DNA of 32,000 nucleotides from Geotalea uraniireducens Rf4 (GCF_000016745.1 NC_009483.1:4800001-4832000); one strand, 5' to 3'. Counted from the first letter of the stretch, positions 7,170-15,134 are shown. Translations and numbers: made by a program. Notes: generated from the sequence alone by a model not told the origin.

Positions 7170-7847
7170 ATGCAAGCAAATTTTTCAGAACAACTTCGCC
7201 GGGCAATCTCACACGAACGCCTGGACGCCTACCGACAGCGTGGCACCAGCAGTGACGATGCTGAGTTGTTTACCCATTACGCATGGAACATGGCATTATC
7301 CGAAAGCCTTTACACCCCGCTTCAATGCCTGGAAGTCTGCCTCAGAAACAGCATTCACGATGCCGCCACGGCATATTTCAAAACCGATACTTGGTTTGAC
7401 GTCCCAGGCGTGTTGCTTGCGTCGGAACTCGACAAGGTACGGGAGGCGAAGGGATCACTTCTCAAAGGCAAAAAGACGCTTGACGCGGGGAGAATAATCC
7501 CTGAACTCACCTTCGGATTCTGGACAAGCCTTTTAGATGTGCGCTACGAAAAGGTTCTCTGGCCGTGGCTCTTAAAACCAGTTGTTCCCAATATGCCCCG
7601 CCGGATAAGGATCAGAAAGAATCTCTCCAAACGATTCAACCACATACGGACACTCAGGAACCGGATATTTCATCACGAACCGATCTGGCACTGGGGCGAT
7701 CTTCCGAATCAACACAGCGACCTGCTTGAAGCAATCAGATGGGTGAACCCGGCAATGATGACATTTGTGGAACCATTTGACAGCTTCAAGTCGGTTTACA
7801 ATAACAGCATAAGCGAATACAGGAAGGTTGTTTCAGCCCTTCCTTGA
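7170..7847 (+). CDS. Abi_2-family (AbiD/AbiF-like) abortive-infection protein
   Basis: ELTFGFWTSLL and IRTLRNRIFHHEPIW motifs typical of Abi-like proteins. ATG at 7170 preceded by GGGTGG. The 6993-7169 part of the ORF crosses the terminator hairpin and is discounted. Confidence 0.75.
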   Translation: MQANFSEQLRRAISHERLDAYRQRGTSSDDAELFTHYAWNMALSESLYTPLQCLEVCLRNSIHDAATAYFKTDTWFDVPGVLLASELDKVREAKGSLLKGKKTLDAGRIIPELTFGFWTSLLDVRYEKVLWPWLLKPVVPNMPRRIRIRKNLSKRFNHIRTLRNRIFHHEPIWHWGDLPNQHSDLLEAIRWVNPAMMTFVEPFDSFKSVYNNSISEYRKVVSALP

Positions 7848-7954
7848 AATGTCGGCACGATGGATACGGCAATCGAGAAGATGCCTACATAATTGACACG
7901 TACGAAGAACACCCTCAGAAGATTATTCTAGCGCCATTCAGGTCTGACCCCTAA

Positions 7955-8171
7955 TGTGTCGTGCGGACCGGTATGGCGAGGTTAGGAGTGCCGGAAAGAC
8001 ACGCAGAAGCTTTATTAAACCATATACAAAACGGAGTGAAGAAAGTATACGAGCCTCTTGTACGAGTATGACAAAGAGAAGAAGGCGGCACTTACGAAAT
8101 GGTCGAAACACCTCGAGTCGCTGATAAACATGTCCAAAAAACAACAAAACGTGGACACATGCACAAAATAA
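7955..8171 (+). pseudogene. 3' remnant of a tyrosine recombinase (phage-type integrase) gene, frameshifted
   Basis: One frame (7955-8071) reads CVVRTGMARLGVPERHAEALLNHIQNGVKKVY, the integrase C-terminal box with the catalytic Tyr. The next frame (8061-8171) reads YEYDKEKKAALTKWSKHLESLI. Stops at 7952 and 8069; no N-terminal part. Confidence 0.5.
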
Positions 8172-8219
8172 GTCCATACTGTGGACACATTTTCAAATCC
8201 TAACTTCCAGGAAACATCT

Positions 8220-9299
8220 ATGCCTTTCAATCCTCTAATGCCCTATAACGATTTACCGCTGCTGCCGCCACAGGCAGAGTTGGAGAGCAAAGACATTCTG
8301 AGGAAAGCAATAAGTGCAAATAGAGCACTTGCGGAGTTAAAAGGGGCTGGGGAGTTAATCCCAAATCAGAGTATGTTGATAAACTCTATCCCTCTTCAAG
8401 AAGCCCGTACAAGCTCTGAGATTGAGAATATCATCACCACGAATGATAAGCTCTTCCAAGCCGCTGCGGTAGAGTCTGCGAGTGATCCTGCGACAAAGGA
8501 GGTTCTCCATTATCGCACAGCTCTAAAGAATGGCTTTGACATGCTTCAGGAGCGGCCCATCTCTGTAAATCTAATGATCGACATCTGCCGGACTCTTAAA
8601 AACACAGAAATTGACGTCAGGAAAGTTACAGGGACCACTCTTTCCAATCCCGCTACCGGCGAGGTCTACTATACGCCGCCGGAAGGGGAAGGAATAATCC
8701 GAGAGAAACTGGGAAACCTTGAGACGTATATCCACCAGGAAGATGACCTTGACCCGTTGATCAAGATGGCAGTGATGCATTACCAGTTCGAGGCTATTCA
8801 TCCCTTTCATGATGGTAATGGAAGAACCGGCCGAATCCTGAATATTCTTTTCCTGGTAGAAAAAGGTCTTTTGAAAATTCCGGTGCTATACCTGAGCCGC
8901 TACATCATCCAGAACAAGAATGAGTATTATCGTCTGCTGCGGGAAGTGACGGCAAAAGGGGCGTGGGAGCCGTGGGTGATTTATATGCTTGCTGCTATTG
9001 AAGAGACTGCTTTATGGACCTGTGAAAAGATAAAGGCCATCCGTGATCTGCTGGAAGAAACTGTTATTCTCTGCAAAGAGAAGCTATCAGGATCAATATA
9101 TTCACGAGAGCTTGTTGACCTGATATTCGTCCAGCCATACTGCAAGATAGCTTTTTTGGTCGAAGCGGGAATAGCGGAAAGGAAGACTGCCTCTGTTTAC
9201 CTTCAAAAATTGGAAGGGATAGGGGTGCTTCGATCTGCCCAGCTTGGCCGAGAAAAGGTCTATATAAACCCAAGACTCATCGACTTGCTTAATGGCTGA
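8220..9299 (+). CDS. Fic-family protein (Fic_N + FIC domain + C-terminal winged-helix-like region)
   Basis: Canonical HPFHDGNGRTGR motif. The N-terminus PYNDLPLLPPQAELESKDILRKAISANRALAELKG is typical of Fic_N. SSEIEN matches the (S/T)xxxE(G/N) inhibitory helix. ATG at 8220 preferred over GTG at 8181. Confidence 0.9.
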   Translation: MPFNPLMPYNDLPLLPPQAELESKDILRKAISANRALAELKGAGELIPNQSMLINSIPLQEARTSSEIENIITTNDKLFQAAAVESASDPATKEVLHYRTALKNGFDMLQERPISVNLMIDICRTLKNTEIDVRKVTGTTLSNPATGEVYYTPPEGEGIIREKLGNLETYIHQEDDLDPLIKMAVMHYQFEAIHPFHDGNGRTGRILNILFLVEKGLLKIPVLYLSRYIIQNKNEYYRLLREVTAKGAWEPWVIYMLAAIEETALWTCEKIKAIRDLLEETVILCKEKLSGSIYSRELVDLIFVQPYCKIAFLVEAGIAERKTASVYLQKLEGIGVLRSAQLGREKVYINPRLIDLLNG

Positions 9300-9342
9300 A
9301 TATGTCCAAATTTCTGCCGCAATTGGATATATCCCTCTGACG

Positions 9343-9359
9343 TGTCCATGACATGGACA
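9343..9359. repeat. Perfect 17-bp palindrome TGTCCATG-A-CATGGACA
   Basis: Read directly from the sequence; lies 44 bp after the fic stop codon. Confidence 0.85.
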
Positions 9360-9415
9360 TGTGGGAGTTCCGCAGGCAGATCAAAAGAAGAATATGTATT
9401 CCGAAAGACCATGAC

Positions 9416-9586
9416 CCTAGGAGCTTGTCGGACTTAGGGAATCGTAGCGAGAGAATGGAAAATCGAGGACAGATTTTCGGAAATTTGAGAGCGAATAGTG
9501 GACCTATTTGTCGAAAATTTACGAGAATATGGACCGATTTGCCGTTCTCGCAGTAGATTCATTCCTAAGTCCGACAGGCTCCTAGC
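9416..9586. repeat. Inverted-repeat-bounded ~170-bp unit containing three degenerate ~32-bp direct repeats
   Basis: CCTAGGAGCTTGTCGGACTTAGG (9416-9438) against CCTAAGTCCGACAGGCTCCTAG (9564-9585) has 1-2 mismatches. Internal cores are GGACAGATTTTCGG (9467), GGACCTATTTGTCG (9500) and GGACCGATTTGCCG (9531). Confidence 0.7.
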
Positions 9587-9660
9587 CACAGTCGTGCAAC
9601 AACTTTGAATTTCTGCAACATCCTCCGCAACGATCTAAGGGAAGATAACCGGAGAAACAG

Positions 9661-9927
9661 ATGAAGGTAACCAAACGAGACTGGCTGTTTGCCACTGTTG
9701 TCGCCATTGTGCTCGGCATTCTTCTGCTGAATACCGGTAAGGAGAAGGCCAGGCGGGTGCCCGCTGACGACAGGCACCGTCCCTTTTTGCAACGTCTGGC
9801 AAGGGGGGCCGACAGGGAAGAGGTGGAGAGGGAGTGTGCCACCTGCCACAATGCCCGGAGCATCGCCCTCCCCGGAAATCATCCACCCAAGGAGCAATGC
9901 CTGCTCTGCCACGTGAGGAAAGGTTGA
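9661..9927 (+). CDS. Small membrane-anchored diheme c-type cytochrome
   Basis: Two CxxCH motifs (CATCH, CLLCH), an N-terminal TM helix WLFATVVAIVLGILLL, and a GGAGA RBS. Confidence 0.75.
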   Translation: MKVTKRDWLFATVVAIVLGILLLNTGKEKARRVPADDRHRPFLQRLARGADREEVERECATCHNARSIALPGNHPPKEQCLLCHVRKG

Positions 9928-9954
9928 CAACTGCGAACAGCTGAGGAAAAAACC

Positions 9955-10617
9955 ATGGATCGTTCATCGCGCAACAGGCTTAACGAACGGCTCCTCCCCC
10001 AGTTCCCCGGCGAGACGCTCTTCGACCGGCTGGCCCGGACCGTCTGCCGAGCCGGCTGCCTGCCGCGCAAGGAGCTGTACGAGGCGTGGGAGGTGGCAAG
10101 ACGTGTACGGCGCCGCTTCCGGGGGGGCCGGGTAGTGGACCTGGCCTGCGGGCACGGGCTGCTGGCGCAGATTCTTCTTCTGCTGGACGACAGCTCGTCC
10201 CTGGCCCTGGCCGTTGACCGGCGCATTCCGGAACAGGCCGCCAGGCTCGCGGCCTGCCTGGCGGAGAGCTGGCCACGCCTGGCTGGCCGGGTGGAGTTCG
10301 TGGAGAAGGACCTGGAGCAGGTGGCGCTGCAGCGGGACGACCTGATCGTATCGGTCCACGCCTGCGGCGGGCTGACCGATCTGGTCCTGGAGCGGGCCAT
10401 GGCGGTCGGGGCGCGGGTGGCGGTGCTCCCATGCTGTCACGATCTGGCCGCCGGTGACCTGGGCGGCCTGCAGGGATGGCTGGACGGGCCGCTGGCCCAG
10501 GATGTGCTCAGGGCCGCCCGCCTGCGCGAGGCGGGCTACCGCGTTGTCACGCAGCAGATTCCCGGCGACATCACGCCGAAAAACCGCCTGCTGCTGGGGG
10601 AGCCGCCAGCCCCCTGA
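9955..10617 (+). CDS. Class I SAM-dependent methyltransferase
   Basis: VVDLACGHGLLA glycine-rich SAM motif, then HACGGLTD and LPCCH motifs. GAGGAAAA RBS. The antisense ORFs in this GC-rich stretch have no motifs. Confidence 0.7.
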   Translation: MDRSSRNRLNERLLPQFPGETLFDRLARTVCRAGCLPRKELYEAWEVARRVRRRFRGGRVVDLACGHGLLAQILLLLDDSSSLALAVDRRIPEQAARLAACLAESWPRLAGRVEFVEKDLEQVALQRDDLIVSVHACGGLTDLVLERAMAVGARVAVLPCCHDLAAGDLGGLQGWLDGPLAQDVLRAARLREAGYRVVTQQIPGDITPKNRLLLGEPPAP

Positions 10618-10631
10618 CTGCACGCGAACAA

Positions 10632-10653
10632 GTCCAAAAACGGCAGTTAACCA
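10632..10653 (+). repeat. Heptamer-array element copy A, left part (box GTCCAAAAACGGCAGTTAACCA), cut by the intron
   Basis: Matches 16150-16171 and 15573-15591. It continues at 12727. Confidence 0.75.
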
Positions 10654-10770
10654 GTAGAGTAGGAAGCAGGTTACTACATCATTAGGTTTGGCTTGTCCGT
10701 TTCCGCCCCTTTCGTTTGGCGGTGCCTAAGTAGCCTTACCATAGTTGCCTTAACCAGCTCCCCCTCGTCA

Positions 10771-10802
10771 AACCGTACGTGCGGATTTCCCGCATACGGC
10801 TT
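10771..10802 (-). ncRNA. Group II intron domain V
   Basis: The minus strand reads AAGCCGUAUGCGGGAAAUCCGCACGUACGGUU, the conserved DV hairpin with the AGC catalytic triad context and a GAAA-type loop. Confidence 0.85.
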
Positions 10803-10853
10803 ACCTATCAGCCTCTTGCTGCACGGCATTATTGAGGAGTTGTGGCTTTGCTG

Positions 10854-12158
10854 TTACAGGTAAACCAGACCATATCGCTTAAGTCCGGCATACAGGCTTT
10901 CACCTGCCCTGAAGGGTTTGCTCCGCCTTTGGCTCCGATTGTTCAGAAATATTCGAAAGCGAGTCCTCGTGTAATGATTCACGTCTCGAAATACTTTCCG
11001 GGGATACCCGTAGTCGAAGTAGTTGCCCCATCCGCGAAGGATGCTGTTTACCTCGGCAATTGCTTCGACAAGCGGCTTTTTGTATCCGCTTCGGGTCTTC
11101 TCCCGGATTTTTCCCTTGAGTGCTCCTATGGCCTTCTTACTCGGCATGATGTTGAGATAATCCCAATCTCTGCCCCGCAGGTCACGGTCATAGCGGAGGG
11201 TGAATCCCAGAAAGTTCAGGCTCTCTTTCTTGTTCATTCTGACAATACCGGTTTTGTCACGGTTGATGCTGAGTCCAAGGTCTGTTTCGAGTTTCTCTTC
11301 CAGCCATCCGGTTATGCGATTGCCCATGTGTCTGGCCATTACTACGAAGTCGTCGGCAAACCGTACCATGCGCGCTCTGGCGAAGTGGTAGGGGCTGTCT
11401 GCTTCTTCGTGAAAGGCCCGGTCGAGCCGGTGAAGGTAGATGTTGGCAAGAAGGGGAGATATTACCCCGCCTTGTGGCGTCCCTTGTTTGGGACGGCTGA
11501 TGCTGCCGTCTTCTTCTACTACCGGACTGTGAAGCCATTGCCGGATCAGTTTGAGGACACTCCGGTCGGCTATGCGCCGCTCAAGTTCTACTATCAGGTG
11601 CTCGTGGGGGATGCTGTCAAAGTAGCTCGAAAGATCCGCGTCATACACTTCCTGCCGTCCGAGTTGGAGGTTATTACCGACTTGGTCGAGGGCTCCATGG
11701 GGACGCCTTTTGGGACGAAATCCATGGGAGCAGTCGAGAAAGTCCACCTCAAATATCGGTTCGAGGATAAGGAGTACGGCTGCCTGTACAATTCTGTCCC
11801 GCACGCACGGTATGCCGAGCGGGCGCAGTTTGCCGTTGGGCTTGGTGATGTAGACGCGACGCACCGGGGATGGTTTGTAGTTTTTGGTTCTCAGGCTTTC
11901 TTGAATTTCGTCAAGATAGCCGGATATTCCGTCTGCCCGCACCTCGATGGATTCAATGCTGACACCATCGACTCCCGGCGCGCCCTTGTTCGCCTTTACT
12001 CGCAACCACGCCGTTTCAAGTACATCACGACGATGGATTCGGTCGTAAAGGGCATAGAACCGGAACTGCGGTTCTCGTTTGGCCTTGCTGCTCAGTTTCC
12101 ACCGCAGAAGGGAGACTTTTACCGGCAGTCCGGGTTCAGGTTCGAATCCTTCGGCCAT
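10854..12158 (-). CDS. Group II intron reverse transcriptase/maturase (no endonuclease domain)
   Basis: [63 protein letters not shown] (a YADD variant) and the X-domain ILRGWGNYF. It ends about 60 aa after domain X with no HNH motif. MAEGFEP (12158) is preferred as the start over the 12437 ORF start. Confidence 0.9.
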   Translation of the reverse strand: MAEGFEPEPGLPVKVSLLRWKLSSKAKREPQFRFYALYDRIHRRDVLETAWLRVKANKGAPGVDGVSIESIEVRADGISGYLDEIQESLRTKNYKPSPVRRVYITKPNGKLRPLGIPCVRDRIVQAAVLLILEPIFEVDFLDCSHGFRPKRRPHGALDQVGNNLQLGRQEVYDADLSSYFDSIPHEHLIVELERRIADRSVLKLIRQWLHSPVVEEDGSISRPKQGTPQGGVISPLLANIYLHRLDRAFHEEADSPYHFARARMVRFADDFVVMARHMGNRITGWLEEKLETDLGLSINRDKTGIVRMNKKESLNFLGFTLRYDRDLRGRDWDYLNIMPSKKAIGALKGKIREKTRSGYKKPLVEAIAEVNSILRGWGNYFDYGYPRKVFRDVNHYTRTRFRIFLNNRSQRRSKPFRAGESLYAGLKRYGLVYL

Positions 12159-12726
12159 CCATTCCGTTATGGAGCGTCTGTCGCTCAAGCGGGTCTCCTC
12201 TCTTTCCGTGTAAACATGACTGAAGTACGGCCCCTTGGCTCCACGGGCATTACCCCGCTTCCCGGCTACTATGGGCCGCTCCGAATTCCGACCGTACACG
12301 CTTGGCGGGTTATTGATTCCCCGTCGGCGTTCTCCCTTCGGCGAAACCCTTTCGCTTTGGGAATTACGTCGGACCTCCCAGGTTCCTCGGCTGATCTTTC
12401 GACACGCGCCCTCCCCAATCACCCCGGACAGTCCCACCGGTTCTTTCGCTCGTTTATCACCGGTGGATGGCAGGCTTCACCACATTCGGAAGGTTGGCCA
12501 CTGTCAACTACGTGTAACGAGGCCGAAACGGGTTCGCTTGCGCTGGGCTCGCGTCTTCGTCGTCAGGGTAGTTATCGTACCCTTCGCTCTTTTCTTACAA
12601 AGAACCGGTCTTACTCCCCACGTTTGGTTACCCTCTCGTGACAGACCGCGACTACATGGTGAACGAGCAATTTACATGTCTGACACTTTTCAGTCAGATA
12701 GATCAGCCAGGCTTGGCCTGGCGTAC

Positions 12727-12847
12727 CGAATGACACGAATAAACACTAATGTTTTTAACCCCTTGGTAAATCTTGAGTAGTCACCGATCTGGTGAGTGCC
12801 TTCTGCATCACATGAGCTTGTATATTCGTGGCTAGATGCTTTTTATA
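12727..12847 (+). repeat. Heptamer-array element copy A, right part
   Basis: CGAATGACACGAATAAACACTAATGTTTTTAACCCCTTGGTAAATCTTGAGTAGTCACCGATCTGGTGAGTGCCTTCTGCATCACATGAGCTTGTATATTCGTGGCTAGATGCTTTTTATA aligns with 16172-16313. The right arm keeps only one ATTCGTG. Confidence 0.8.
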
Positions 12848-12894
12848 GGATAATACTTGACGGGCAAAAGCCCGTTGTTTGAGGAGAGAAGGAC

Positions 12895-13239
12895 ATGACA
12901 GAGACGGGGTGTGACTTTTACTGCGGGAAGATCCTGAGAGGGCTGGCGGATATCCGGGTCTACTGGGAGAACGAACGGGTCTTCGCCTTTCACCATACCA
13001 ATCCCTTGTGGGAACATCATGTGGTATTGCTGCCCAAGAAGCACATCGAATCGCTCCTTACCCTGGAGGAAGCCGACAACGATCTGCTGCTTGAGCTGCT
13101 GGCCACGGCCAAGCGAATTGCCGCCGATTTCACGGAGCGCTACGGGGCATGCCGTGTCTATACCAATGTCGGCGAGTATCAGTCGTCCAAGCATCTCCAC
13201 TGGCATATCGGCTGCGGGAAACAACTGCGGCCATATTGA
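12895..13239 (+). CDS. HIT (histidine triad) family protein
   Basis: HLHWHI histidine triad near the C-terminus and a GAGGAGAGAAGG RBS. Confidence 0.85.
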   Translation: MTETGCDFYCGKILRGLADIRVYWENERVFAFHHTNPLWEHHVVLLPKKHIESLLTLEEADNDLLLELLATAKRIAADFTERYGACRVYTNVGEYQSSKHLHWHIGCGKQLRPY

Positions 13240-13249
13240 GGAGCCAACC

Positions 13250-13453
13250 ATGAAAGGATCTCTCATAACTACGACCAAAGACGACGCCACGGGCCTTACC
13301 TACGGCATCTACCTGATCAGGTATACGGACAAACTCTGGATAGCGACCTACGATATGGACCACGACATCATCGTCCAGATGCAGAAGGTCATCCTGTCGG
13401 AAGACAGAGTCCCCGAGCACGTTCGGAAAGCCGTGGTGACGTGGCTTCTTTGA
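13250..13453 (+). CDS. Hypothetical 67-aa protein
   Basis: ATG at 13250 with a GAGGAG RBS at 13238-13243, 10 bp after the HIT stop. No recognisable motif. Confidence 0.5.
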   Translation: MKGSLITTTKDDATGLTYGIYLIRYTDKLWIATYDMDHDIIVQMQKVILSEDRVPEHVRKAVVTWLL

Positions 13454-13606
13454 ACGGAGTTGCATCCCCCGCCGGAATATTTCACCTCTCACTTTGCATC
13501 TCCTGCCGGTATGCTATTATTTCCGGTAGCGCACCGTTCGGGTGTGCCATGCCCCAATGCCCTGCACAGAGCCGGACGGGTGCAATCTCAATTCAGGAGG
13601 CTATAC

Positions 13607-14113
13607 ATGTCAAACGGACCGAAATCGGAAAAGGATCTCAAGGAGGCCTTCGCCGGCGAATCACAAGCTAATCGCAAGTACCTCGCCTTCGCAAAGCAGG
13701 CGGACAAGGACGGCTTCCCCCAGGTCGCCCGGCTCTTCCGGGCCGCGGCCGAGGCGGAAACCATTCACGCCCATAACCACCTGCGGGCGCTCGGCGGCAT
13801 CAAGGAGACGCGGGAAAACCTCGTCGAAGCCATCGCCGGCGAGACCCACGAGTTCAAGAGCATGTACCCCCAGATGATCGCCGACGCCGAGCTGGAGGGG
13901 GCGACCGAGGCGCGTCGCTCGTTCACCTTTGCCAATGCCGTGGAGAAAGTCCACGCGGACCTTTACCAGAAGGCGCTCGACTCCTTGGGAGTGGCGGCTG
14001 AGGAGTTCGATTACTTCATCTGCCCGATCTGCGGTCATACCGTCGAGCGAGAGGCACCGGAAAAGTGCGAGGTCTGCGGCGCCGTCGGCTCGGTATTCTT
14101 CCGGGCAAAGTAG
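13607..14113 (+). CDS. rbr: Rubrerythrin
   Basis: Ferritin-like diiron ExxH motifs (EAETIHAHNH, GETHEF) and a C-terminal rubredoxin-like CPICG...CEVCG. AGGAGG RBS. Confidence 0.9.
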   Translation: MSNGPKSEKDLKEAFAGESQANRKYLAFAKQADKDGFPQVARLFRAAAEAETIHAHNHLRALGGIKETRENLVEAIAGETHEFKSMYPQMIADAELEGATEARRSFTFANAVEKVHADLYQKALDSLGVAAEEFDYFICPICGHTVEREAPEKCEVCGAVGSVFFRAK

Positions 14114-14135
14114 CCGGGGAGAACAGGAGGTCGTC

Positions 14136-15134
14136 ATGGAAGCGAAAGTCTGGTCCCCCGCTGACCTGTTGCAGCTCTCGGGCGGCTATTGGAGCGCCTG
14201 CGCCCTCCATGCCGGGGTGAAGCTCGACGTCTTCACCCCCCTGGCCGACCGGGCGCTCACCGCCCATGGGCTGGCCGAGGTGCTGAAGAGCGATGCGCGG
14301 GGGGTGGCCATGCTCCTCAACGCCCTGGCGGCCCTGGGTCTGCTGGAGAAAAGTGGGGACAACTACGCTGACACCTCCTTCGCCGCCGAGTTTCTTTGCC
14401 GCACCTCCCCCCGTTACCTGGGGCATATCATCCTCCACCATCATCACCTGATGGAGGGCTGGGCCCACCTTGACGAGGCGGTGAAGAGCGGCGGACCGAT
14501 CAGGAAGCGGGTTTCCCACGACGTGGGGGAGGATGAACGGGAAAGCTTCGAGATGGGGATGTTCAACCTCGCCATGCAGGTCGCACCGCGGATCGTTCAC
14601 CAGATAAACCTCTCCGGCCGGCGGCGGCTCCTGGACCTGGGAGGGGGGCCCGGCACCTATGCCATCCACTTCTGCATGCAAAACCCCGATCTCACGGCGG
14701 TGGTCTACGACCTCCCCACCACCCGCCCCTTTGCCGAACAGACCATTGATCGCTTCGGCCTCACGGGTAGGATTGCCTTTGAAGACGGGGATTTCATTGC
14801 AAAGGGGATCAAGGGGACTTTCGACGTGGCCTGGCTCTCGCACATCCTCCATGGTGAGGGACCGGAGGGGTGCGCCGTCATCCTGGAGAAGGCCGTCGCT
14901 GCCCTGGAACCCGGGGGGATGATCCTCGTGCAGGAGTTCATCCTCAACGACTCGTTCGACGGCCCCCCCTTTCCGGCGCTCTTTTCCCTCAACATGCTGA
15001 TCGGCACCCCGGCAGGCCGGGCATATTCCGAAGGTGAGCTATTCAATATGCTGGCTGCTGCAGGAGTCGGCGATCTGAAGCGGTTGCCGCTGGAACTCCC
15101 CAATGGCGCCGGGATCATCGCCGGCACCGTTTGA
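14136..15134 (+). CDS. O-methyltransferase family 2 (dimerisation domain plus SAM-dependent MTase)
   Basis: LLDLGGGPGTYAI SAM motif and an N-terminal winged-helix-like dimerisation region. AGGAGG RBS. Confidence 0.8.
   Translation: MEAKVWSPADLLQLSGGYWSACALHAGVKLDVFTPLADRALTAHGLAEVLKSDARGVAMLLNALAALGLLEKSGDNYADTSFAAEFLCRTSPRYLGHIILHHHHLMEGWAHLDEAVKSGGPIRKRVSHDVGEDERESFEMGMFNLAMQVAPRIVHQINLSGRRRLLDLGGGPGTYAIHFCMQNPDLTAVVYDLPTTRPFAEQTIDRFGLTGRIAFEDGDFIAKGIKGTFDVAWLSHILHGEGPEGCAVILEKAVAALEPGGMILVQEFILNDSFDGPPFPALFSLNMLIGTPAGRAYSEGELFNMLAAAGVGDLKRLPLELPNGAGIIAGTV

Larger units (their letters stand above)
10654..12726 (-). mobile_element. Group II intron (ribozyme plus intron-encoded protein), complete
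   Basis: Contains domain V, a domain VI basal stem with a bulged A, and an RT/maturase ORF. The borders come from comparing the interrupted repeat (copy A) with the uninterrupted copy C. The intron starts GUACGCC and ends CUAC. Confidence 0.9.

Noticed and set aside
9879-10623. Several long minus-strand ORFs (173, 219 and 150 aa) opposite the methyltransferase gene
   Set aside because: These are typical GC-rich antisense open frames, Arg/Pro/Ala-rich and without motifs. The + strand frame has a SAM-binding motif and an RBS.
12139-12149. GGTTCGAATCC, the tRNA T-arm consensus
   Set aside because: The flanking bases do not form a T-stem, acceptor stem or anticodon arm. It lies inside the intron RT coding region, so it is a coincidental match.
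10842-12641. 599-aa + strand ORF, the longest ORF in the window
   Set aside because: It is the antisense shadow of the group II intron RT gene and ribozyme. It has no recognisable motifs, runs through domain IV and domain I RNA, and the opposite strand carries clear RT/maturase motifs.
12856-12878. Small hairpin ACGGGC-AAAA-GCCCGT followed by TGTTTG, 17 nt before the HIT start, as a terminator or attenuator
   Set aside because: The stem is only 6 bp and the U-tract is weak. Its position immediately before an RBS makes a terminator call unsafe. It is noted but not annotated.
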